Part shown: positions 25,165 through 37,100 of the stretch, piece by piece | Position numbering within the stretch: the first letter of the stretch is position 1 | Layout of the letters: each line of letters begins with the position of its first letter | Assembly: GCF_964355755.1 (NCBI RefSeq) | Contig: NC_092675.1 | Location: 16,092,912-16,156,911, forward strand | Reading direction: 5' to 3' | Length of the DNA: 64,000 nt | From: Antedon mediterranea | Lineage: Eukaryota; Animalia; Echinodermata | Translations under genes and position numbers: made by a program | Notes under the pieces: model-generated | Databases searched by the model: none | What the model was told of the DNA's origin: nothing | Seen by the model: only the letters and a program-made list of their open reading frames with translations

Positions 25165-28100
25165 CTGGAAATATGCATTATAAAATATTGGATTTGATGT
25201 AGTTGTGACGTCATGGTCAGTAACATCAAGGCCATCTAACCAAAGTCAATATTGACTATGTCATGAGCTATTCTACCATGGAGCTATAATCTAACCAGGG
25301 AGATGTATTTTACATCTCCCTGTTCTAACTAACATAATATTTCCCTTGGTAACGCTAATGATTTGCATTTACTTTAATAAACCCTATTTAGGTAGGAATA
25401 CTAATTATTTTTTTACCTATGAACCAAAAATAGAGATCATTAAAATTATCAATTAGACATAACATTGTACATAAACACACTAGAACGATTGCAGCACCTA
25501 TCTAAAATGTACTGACGTGTGCTGTACTGTAGTTTCAGACCTGAAGATATGGTATGTCAAATCAAGTGGCATACACGGACAATGCTAAGGTTTGCTTAGC
25601 ATGGAGGTTCATAGTAGTAGGCATATTTAATGGAGGAAATATTCTGCGATGGAGCTCCCAATAATAGGCCTAGTAGTAGCTGGCCTATAAACATTATGAA
25701 TGAATATGGACATAACGGTAATCGTAGACATATACGGCAGTAACACTTGAACCTATATAGGTAAAATTGTTAAATGAATCTTTATTACTACCACAGTTAT
25801 TTGTGATCATTTTTTTTTTAGAATCGGTTCTTTTGTCGGTCAACACTCTTGGATATGCATCTTTGTTAGTGTTGTTGTAACTATAGGATTTGGTATTGGT
25901 TTTACCATGATAAAAATAGAGAACAGACGAGAGAAACTTTGGGTACCTGCCGAGTCTGACAACCAGGATTATCTAAGATATGTCTCCGAGAACTACAAAG
26001 ACCCATTCCTCGAGACAATCATCTTTGAAAATGAAAATATATTAACTCCAGAATCATTTAAGGCTGTAAGTTGAATTACTGCTTCCGAAATTTGGATCAG
26101 TCTGTAAGCCAGATGCATGTCTGTAATAAAAATAATATGTTTTTGTCAATTATTACGACGTCACCAGGCCTATAAAAGGCTGTGATTTTACATTGGTTCT
26201 CAGTTTGTCGTACCTTATTTTTATTTATTTTAAATTAATATTTCGGTATAAAATAGCCTATGGCTGAACATTTATTTATTTAGATACTCAATAGCTCATA
26301 TAGCTCATAATTATAGCTATCTTAAGGTCTGTCTACACTGTCAAACTTTATGTGACAAACAAAATGTGACCATACCGGTACAGTATATGGACACGATGAT
26401 GTCATTATCATTATTGGTACCATATTTGTGCACATCGCTCTTTTTGTCAAACTAGTTTGATACGTAGACAGAGCTGTATTTTAATACTTGTTTGATGGAA
26501 CTATTTTGTTTTTACTAATTTTAAACCTGATTAATCGATTTACATAAATTTTAGGTCAAGTGCTTTGACACAGATCAAATCGAAAGTTGAGTTTTAAGAT
26601 GGTTTTTAGGATTTAATGACGAACAGTCAACTCTAATTACAGTAAATCATTGGTTAGATAAATTAGAAATTTGTCTAATACCCAGCAATATTGTATTAAT
26701 TTATTAATTCTGATTTCGTTTTATTTATTAATATTACAGATGTTTCGAGTCGATGAATTGGTTAAAGCCATTGATATTGGTAAAAGTTGGGAATCTATTT
26801 GTTTTAGGTATGTGAAACGTTTTAAACCTACTTAGCTGTAATGTATGTATAATGTAATAATATGAGGACGAAATCAGACATAGCTGAAGATTTTGCTTAC
26901 ATGTGTGATGAATGAGAACGATAAGGAAAAAATGAATTAAATTAAAGCGCTAATAATTTTTTAATTAATGGACGAATTTGTACCATCGATATTTGATGTT
27001 TCCCACTATGACGCAACGCAAGTAGTTTGACCAATCACAAGCGATAGATTAATCGAACTGTCGCTTATCATTGGTCAACTCGCTTGCGTTGCGTCCTAAT
27101 GTAAACCAAGCTTTAAATATTTACCTTTCCATGCTGTAGGTCTGGAGAAAGCTGTTTCGTGAATAGTATTTTTGAACTTTGGGGATTTAATAAAACGGTT
27201 ATTGAGAGATTATCGCAAGAAGAGATTCTACAGAAAATAAATGAGGATCCTATAAGGTATGCACTAAATGAGTGGCGAAGTTAATAATAATAATAATAAT
27301 AAGATTTTTATAGCGCACATACCACTCCAGAGTGCTCTCAAGGCGCATTTAAAAATAAAAAGAAATAAATCATACAAATTCCTGACAAATAAAATGCAAT
27401 TTCTTTGGAGGGTCCCCAACCGTTGTCGTTCTGTCGCGGTCCCGGACCCCTACCTAGGTGACCAAACAAAGGAGCAGGATACACATTTGCCTTGCCAGTT
27501 TATCGGATTTAAAACCAAACAGACCCCAATATTTTCGGAACTACTAGCAAAACATGATTGGTGATAATAGACAAATCAGCTGAATGTAGTTTTGCAAAAT
27601 ATAAGCTTAGCAAATTAGCCTTCTTTTTCCGAATAACATAATACCTGTACAGAATATGGATGTTAATACAGGTAGTTTGACCTTTCGGTATATAAACATA
27701 TTAACAAATACTATTATCCCCTCACCATTATCCCACTAATGGCTTTCTAGCACTAATTATTTTTAAGATAATTATTTCGTTCTAAAAGAATTAATGATTA
27801 GATTCATCCTCTTATGCATAATTGACAACATTATAGGTAGCCTACCATTTCCTTAGTGTATCAGTAATTATGATATATATTCATGTTTGAACTATAAATC
27901 CATGGAAACGGATGTTTACTTTAAATTAAAATATGTTTTCTATTAAAAACTACGTTAATCAAATCAAGGAGATCTCCCTGATCAAATATTATACGTGACA
28001 CCTCTGACTGCTCAAGTTAGTGTTTACCGACCAACCGACCGACATAGTGAGCTGTAGAGTCTAAAAATCAGTACGATGGTCAGATACCCTTTTAGGAATT

Positions 28101-31100
28101 CAATATTTTTTATCCCGCTAGCGCAATGACGGGTAATGAAGTTGATGTACTATCGTATCTTGGCGGTGTTGATGATGAGACATATATTACTTCAGCCAGT
28201 ACCGCCATAGTAATATATGGGCTGCAAGACAACAGTGAATTTGATGAGTCTGCAGGCGAATATGTAAGTAGTGACTAATAGCACTAGTAGATGTCACACG
28301 ATGTAATGTAAAGAACGATGAGTCACAAGAATCGGGTTTTCTTTCAATATATTGTAAGTTGGCCGTGCCCTCTTGCAAAAATTATAGTCTGTATAGCCTG
28401 TGTCAAAATATTACCGGTAGATAAAATGCTTCCTTGCCAATTGAACTGTAAAATTATATAATATACCGGAGGAAAGTAGTTCAAAAAGGTTATTAAATTC
28501 CGCCTCTCACCTTGGGTACAATAACATACTATATGACAAAGGTGTGTACACAGTAGCTTACTATTGACTATATTGTGTATGAATGTGGCGAGGCGTTTAT
28601 ACAAACGATGTTCCATGGTGGTGTTTATTTGAGGGGGAGTTTATACAAAACAGGGCGTTTATTAGAATAAATATTTTAATATTTATTCTAATAATAATGC
28701 AGTGCAAAAATAACAATCTTTATGTAGGTTGACCCAGATGCTGAAGAATGGGAATTAGAATTCATTGATATTTTTACAGCAGACCAGGAGAATGTGACTG
28801 TGTACGGGTTTTCAGAAACAAGGTAAATGGTATAACAATTCACGTTTCCTTTGCTTCAAACTGCTAACGCTTTGTTCCCACTTGAGCAGCAATGACGTAG
28901 ACACAACGCAAGCAAGTTGACCAATGACAAGCGACAATTTAAATAATCCATCGCTTTTGATTGGTCAAATCGCATTATATTACGATTACGTCCTTGCATT
29001 GCCGCCCTAGTGTGAACCAAGCTTTGTTCCTGCTTGAGAAGCAATGTAAGGACGTAAACGCAACGCAAGCGGGATGACAAGTTAAGCGTGGTTCCCACTA
29101 GCGACGCAACACAAGGACGTAACGAAACGCAAGTGAATTGATCAATCACAAACGATGGCTTATTTGCTTGTGATTGCTAACTGTCTATAACTTCGCTTGT
29201 CATTGGTTAAAACGCTTGCGTTGCGTTTACGTCCTTGTGTTACGTTCTAGTGGGAACCAAGCTTTACAAGGGAATTGCTGTCTGTAAATTCTAACTTAAC
29301 GTTCGCAAGAAAATCCTTTATTCTAGCCTGGCGTACGGGTTATTCATAGTAAATATTTCACGCTATTGCACTCTTTTATGACATTGTTAACAATATGATT
29401 TGTGTTTGTTTATGAGGTACTTGACAACAATGCAGCCCCACAATCGGAAAATAATGATAATATAATCTTTTCAACCTCGTTTTCGTCATTTTTATACTAA
29501 TAAACGAAATTAGTTACATAACAAAATAGTCACAGAGTCTTTTGCTGGAGGATTGTACAAGCTAAAAACGGAGACATTTTAAGAAAGAGCTGAAAATGCA
29601 TTTTGATAATCTGAAATCAGCGGAGAAAGAAAGTATTAAACGATATTCGGAGTTTCTGATGTGTCCTACCATAGAAGTACCAACAAACTTGAATTTTCAT
29701 ACGTAGTCATGTTTTACATTATAACGTTTATATTCGCCATAAAGACACACTCACCAGTTAATTACCTATGTAGTTTGTAGGCCTACTTATCCTACCTTAT
29801 AACATGATGCTTATTTTGTTTTCAGAAAGTCCATCTATAGGGGACATTTGTAGACACGGTTTTTGTCCCCTTTGCATTGAAAAGACACGCCCCTCCCCTC
29901 TAATTTATGTCCCTGAATCATTTCTTGAAAGTTATGTAACCTTATAAACTTACATAAGCTGTGCATTAAATTTATATAACAGATATTATAACTTTGCTTT
30001 GTTTGGCCATAAAGTATTTATAAGCTTTTTGTAGACTTATAACCAAGCCACTTTGCTCCTCTCTTGCATTATATCACGAAAGTAAATACTTTTCATTCAA
30101 ACAATACCGGTAAACTTACTTTAGTAAGCCTACATTGTATACATTCCAAATGCTTATTGTATGTACAATATACAAATATTTAACTTATATAATTCAGCTT
30201 TTCACTTACATAATGTACACTACGGTACTGTAGTAGGCCTAGTACAACTAAATTCATAGCATGTCCTATAAATTAGGTTCCGACTAACCTGCGCTCATTG
30301 AATACCTCAGTTCCAATCAATATTCATTTTGATCTGCGAATTGTTTCTAATATAGGCCTAAGTACAATAATTTAATACGAATGCCTATCGTTTGAAACAG
30401 TACATCAGTACTTTATACGTAGACTTTTCAACCGTGTTATGGAGTGTATAGGCCTAGACAAACGCGTAAGAGTGGGTGCCGAATCTTATAAGGTCTCTCA
30501 AACATTGTAATCTCCAGACACTTACGGTATATAATAAATATTTATAGTATAGTATTTGTACTGTTCTATTGTATTGTTGCGTGAGTGTAATAAATGCAAT
30601 TTAAATATGATTTAAACACATTTTCACTTTTTATCAGATCATCTCTTGTTTAGGTAAATCTATAATAGATGACACATATATTACTCGCAAACGTAATCCC
30701 ATTCATGCTCGTTATCATATTCACACTAATGACCTTCAAGCAGTTACCTCCTACAAATATCTTGGTATTCACTTTGAAAGCAATCTCCCTTGGTCAACGC
30801 ATGTGTCCGCAATTACCACAAAATCTCTCCACATTGTCGGATTCATAAAGCGTTTTGTGATATTTAACGACCCTGTAATTTTGATGAGGCTGCCCCTGTT
30901 TGGGTGTATCATCAAAAACAACATATTACTATTACAACAATATTATTTGTTGATTGTAATCCAAGATATTCCGAATCAGTTATTTTTAAACACAAATATG
31001 CCGTATACTCTTGATTTGCTAATAACGAGGGGTTAGGACACTCTTTGTGTTACCGAGCCCGCTTCAAATTATTACATCAGTGACCATTGTTTTGTAGAGA

Positions 31101-34100
31101 CTATTTTATCGAGACCAAAACCGAAATGTTATCGACGATTTGGCAAATCACTACAACACTCAACTACTTGCTGCTCTGGATAAGCATGCTCCTATTGTTG
31201 AGAAAACTACCACTGTCAGAAGATCGTTACCTTGGTTTGATGACGAGGCTAATGTGTTGAAGAAGCAACTTCTTTGTGCTGAGAAGACCTTACGGAAGTC
31301 TGCCACCGACGAAAATAGGTCAGCTTACAATGATCTACGCAATTCATACGAACGTTATCTTCGTTTAGCCAAGTACGAATTCATTAATGGTGCTATCAAA
31401 GAAGCTGGCAACAACTCAAAAAAGCTTTACAAGATCGTGTTTGAGCTCATTGGTAGACGTAAAAATAACCCACTTCCACCACATGAAACTGATAAACAGT
31501 TAGCAGACGACTTCATATCTTTCTTTATGGGCAAAATAGAGAAAATACGAGAGGAATTGGAACACTTCCCTTTGTATGAACAAGAACGGCTAATGGCAAA
31601 TGAATTTATTGCATTTCAGGAAGTTAGCGAAGATGATGTTAGGAAGTTGATCATATGCGCAAAACCAACAACCTGCTCCACTGACCCCCTACCGTCGACA
31701 CTGGTGAAACAGCATCTGGATACACTTCTACCACTTATTACAAGGATGATCAACAACTCGTTGTGTAACGGCGTATTTGCTCATAGATGGAAAATATCAG
31801 TTATAAAACCGCTTATAAAAAAGAAGGGTGTTAAATGTATCCTCAGGAATTATAGGCCAGTAAGCAATCTGTCCTTCGTATCCAAGCTGGTTGAACGCGC
31901 ATGCTTGAACCAATTCATAGCTTATGTTGAGAACAATACCTTATTACCGGCGTACCAATCTGCCTATCGGAAAGGTTTTAGCACAGAGACGGCTTTGGTT
32001 AAGTTAACCAATGACGTACTCTGGAATATGGAGCTGCAAAGGGTGTCTGCGCTGGTATGTATAGACTTGTCAGCCGCCTTCGACACAGTGAACCACGAAG
32101 TACTCCTCGACGTTTTGCAGAACAAATTTGGAGTGGCCAATGCGGCATTGAACTGGTTTAATACTTACCTTCGTCCTCGATTTGCCAACGTAACAATCGG
32201 CGAAACTAACTCGGAGACAGCCAATTTTTCCTTCTCTGTACCTCAGGGTAGTATATGCGGTCCAGTTCTATACACCATATATGCCAGCACTTTACAAGAT
32301 CATATCAGTAAGTTTGATATTTCTGTGATGGGATATGCCGATGATCACTCAGTGTATGATTCATTTAATCCAAATTCTAGTTCTAGTATGGAAAATACAA
32401 TCACCAAATTACAAGAGTGCCTCATATCCATCAACGACTGGATGAAGTCCAACAGACTAAAAATGAACAGTGAAAAAACAGAGTTCATACTATTGGGAAG
32501 CAGAGCTCAACTCCTGAAATGCGAGAAAGATCATATCATCGTATGTCAGGACAGAATACCACGTGGTTCATCTGTAAAATACCTTGGTGTTAATATCGAC
32601 GACCAGCTATCTTTCAAGAACCACATACGTGATAAATGCAGAACGATAGCTGTTAATTTATACTATATTCGTCAAATCCGCAAATTTCTCTCCAAGGACC
32701 TTTGCCAACAGCTAGTTCAATCGCTCGTGCTGTCACATATTGATTACGCCAATGCATTGTATTATGGTCTACCTGCTAATATCCTTGCTCCAATGAAAAG
32801 GTTACTGCACCAAGCTGCGAAAATAATTGTCAGGAAAGGTCGGTATGACAGTGCAACTAACGCCATGCGATCCTTGCACTGGCTTCCGATGTCTCATAGA
32901 TGTCAATTCAAAATAGCGTGTCTTGTATGGCGTTCGCTTAAAGGTTCCGCTCCAAGTTACCTGAGAGATATTCTTACTGTGCGGAATGTTTCTCGCAGTA
33001 CTCGTTCAAGCACCAGCAATTATAACCTGACAATCCCACGAACTAAACGAAAGACATTTGCTGACCGTTCGTTCGCCGTAGCAGGACCCACAATTTGGAA
33101 CAGATTACCAAGTCACATTAAACACTTAGACGACTATAATCAGTTTAAAAAACATTTAAAAGCACTATATTTCAAACAATGTTACGATACTAATTGATGT
33201 GAAGCGCCGCTGATTATAATTAAATGTTGTATAAATGTGCGCTATACAAGTAATAATAATAATAATAATAATATGCCAGAACCAATTCTTTTAAATATTC
33301 ATTGTACACTAATTTTCCCCGTGTATGGCAAGAGATTCCTAATTATATTAGAGAAAATTCTTCATTTAGTTTTAACACATTTGTGACAGCTTTCCGGTCT
33401 TATGTCAGGCAACTTTAGGCCTAATCTTTTTATTTTTTTGTCTTTAAACAATCATTTTTATCTGTACATAATATTTATATTTATATATTTTTAGATTCAA
33501 TTTTAATGATTGTTCAATTTGATGCCTCGCAATTTTTAAATGGTTATATCTTTGTATTTTTATTGCTTATATGTTCAAGTGCAGTATATGGAGAGCCATC
33601 TCGATAGTGCTTTGCACTCATGGCAATCCTCAGGGTGCTGCACCGCTGTCTTGTTGTCATGTATTTTTGTGCCTGAAAATTGAATAAAATAAAATAAATA
33701 AACATATTGGTTGACCCCTGGATAAAGTCTTTTTTGTCCACATAACATTTATAACAAATTCAATGGAAATGCGTATTCTCAGAATTTTCCATTTAACAAA
33801 TCATTTTTTCCCCCTTCAGTTTTTCACTTGAGTCTAGTAAGGCCATAGTGGGCGACACATACTGGCTTGCCGCTGGATACGGTCTTCTTTTTGTATACAT
33901 CACATTTATGTTGAGCAAGTTTAATCGAATTGAGCATAAAGTAAGTAAAGTTATGATATCTTTAGTGGGAACCAATCATTAAGGGCAATTTAAACAGACA
34001 AGCGGTAATAACAAGCGGTAAGCGGGAAAAAAAATACAGAATCTATGTTATTACGTATGATCGGAGTGGACGGGCAGTTGAGCGGAAACCCGTCTAGGAT

Positions 34101-37100
34101 ATTATATGTAGATTCTACGTATGACAAGCACGCGGGTTTTTATGTAAATTGGCCTTTTAGACCTAGCTGAGTTAATGTTATACGTAACTGTAATTATGGA
34201 CTCGTTAACACTCCTAGAAGAACTTTTAGTTCGTTAACTTTTTTATTTATATATATTCACCATGATTGGTTTACTACTTTTTCAGGTTTACATCGCACTA
34301 AGCGGCATCATAACAGTCGGCTTTGCAGTTTGTGTCTCCATTGGGTTTGGTTCAATCCTAGGCTTCATCTACACGCCGGTTCATTCAGTTCTGCCGTTTC
34401 TTTTACTTGGTAAGAGTATTACACAAGTTGCATATCATTCTCGATTTGAAATACTGTAGCCTATAATTAACACAACCACAACTGTGTATTACTCAAATGA
34501 CTATTTTGGCTCTGTCATGTGGCGTATGGCCGGACCGTACTTTGTTATATTGTACGTTGTCTTACCTCTACCAAGGCAATATAGATTGCTGGGGCGGATC
34601 CAGACATTTTTTAGAGGGCCACAGTCATACGGTCATAAATGATAATAATTCATTATTATTATGAATTGATGATGCATGTAATCTTTTATCATTCGACATT
34701 ATTTTCATGTTGATTACTGAATTTATTTGATTTAAATGAGCAGTTTTCAGACAATAGTTTTCCAGTAGTGTATTACCACCACGAACATTTAACATTATCT
34801 AAAATACATTTGTTAACCCAGTGTGCGTCTGGGGGGCCTAGAGAGGTAGAGGTAACCCATACCCTCACTCCAGAATACTGTTATTCTGGCTCACCACCAC
34901 GAACATTTAACATTATTTACAATACATTTGTTAACCCAGTGTGCGTCATTTAACATTATTATCTAGTATGTAGGCCTAACAACCAGCCACCTAGTTTGAC
35001 ACAATGTTTGGCTTGTTCTGCCAAATCTTGCTGTTTGCGCTTTCTCCCTCTCTCCTTACAAGGCATCTTGAAATTTTTTAGAAGTTTAAGTAGAGATCAT
35101 CACGTGTCACCACCTCTCACGATGCTCTTTGATCGGCCGCCGTAACTTAACATCGCGCGCATTGTGATAAATTTCTGTTTTTATTTGTGGGGTTAGTGTA
35201 GCCTACTCTGTGCATACTAATATACACACAAATATGTCACACGAATAAAATATTGAACCTCTAAAAAAAGGGCACCCTTAAAATTTAGATCCTCCCCAGG
35301 ATTGCCTAGTCTATACTAACTAAACTACGACCACAATAGTCCTTACTACTACTATTTATATTTAACCAAATTCATTATTTAGGTATTGGTGTGGACGACA
35401 TGTTTGTAATAGTTCAGTCCTGGGACAATTTAAGTGAGGATGAGAAAAATGAACCCGTTTCTGTGCAGTGTGCGTTAGCACTGCAACATGCGGTAAGTCG
35501 TATGTAATAAAGAAGCTGTCTGCTCTAAAATACAAGTGCGTGGAGTTACTAAAAACGACCTATGCTGCTAACTAGCTCGGCTACGACTAGTGTCCAATAC
35601 TATTATTAAGCTTAGACACGCGTGATGGAAATGAAAATCGCAGCTGTTCGTTCTACAGTGGAAAGGGTACGGACGAAAACATTGGATTCGCGCGAACACA
35701 TTCGCCTACTATGGAAAACAGGCTTAAAGCGGTGCCTTTAATGGATATCTCGAAAACGATTCGATGTTTTTTAAAGAAGTTTACCGCGAGTGTGTTTTGC
35801 GCAGCGGATCTGGAAACCTGGCATTATATTTCAAATATGCCCTATGTAACCATATCATGTATCATAGTATCGAGAAGAAATTAATTTAATGTTGAAATTC
35901 GATATTAGTATATTAAATAATCATTTATTGTCTTGCTTGTTTTATAGGGTGTTTCTATTACGGTTACATCAGTAACTGACTTTTGTGCGTTTGTGATCGG
36001 AGCAACAACCATTTTACCAGCTTTGCGTTCCTTTTGCATATTCTGTGGAATCGGCATCATTTTCTTATATTTCTTCAGCGTAGTATTTTTTACAGCGACG
36101 CTTTGTTTAGATATACGACGCGTTAAGGATAGACGTAACGCATGTTGCTGTTGCTTTCGGGCTTCAGATGACTATGAACCTTCACAATGTTCTCGAGAAA
36201 ATAGGTTACAACGGTTTTTTGAAGATATTTACGCACCTGTCTTAATAACGACTTCTGCAAAGGTAAGTGTACCGTGGTTATCCAGTACCGCAGTGGAACT
36301 TTAAAAGGCTACCCTCCCAGTAAATAAATAATAACATTGAGACGTGATGATTTGTTCTGCTTGATATTTATGCAGAAAATGTTATGTAAATACAATTGGC
36401 TTATGAATACAAGAGGCTTACAATTAAAACGTGAATTATCATCTACTCGTAGGTCGTTGTATTATTAATTACCGCTACTTTTCTTGGATTTGGTATCTGG
36501 GGTTTGTTGGAATTGAAACAGTATTTTGACTTTAGATGGTTTTTACCACCGGATAGCTACACAATAGATTTCATAGATGTCTCTGAGAAGGTAAGTACTG
36601 TTTAGTAGTTAGGCATATGCATCTGTTCGTGTCAAATATTTAGGCGCACCTTGAGACTGAGAGCTACACAGGTTTAAGCAAATGCATACAAGCATAGAAT
36701 CGTACACAGTGTTGATTATGTTGTCGTTCTATCAACAGTATTATCCACGGAGTGGTCTACCATCGTCAATATACTTAAACGAAATAGATGTTTTTAACGA
36801 ACGATCTACTATTGATGCTCTTTACGAAGATGCTAAACAAGATCCTTATGTAGATCCTGCGTCGTTCGAGAGTTGGTATAATCGGTTTGGAGAGTGGATT
36901 CAGGCGAATAAGCAAAACACACTCGGATACAATAATGCCACGATGTGGCCTGACACAAGGGACACCTTTTACACATGGTTGTTTCAGTTTTTAAACGATC
37001 CTACTGGAGGAATTCATACACCGGATATTATTTTTGATGAAACTATGAATATTACCGTAAGTGTAACACATTGTAGCCTATTTTAACACTTTAGGAATTA

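Larger units (their letters stand above)
30640..33700 (+). mobile_element. Old CR1-like LINE 3' fragment split by a younger L2 insertion
   Basis: Left part reads YKYLGIHFESNLPWSTHVSAITTKSLHIVGFIKR. The frame KHKYA resumes as ARTNSFKYS after 33277. A-rich tail at 33680-33702. Confidence 0.75.
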
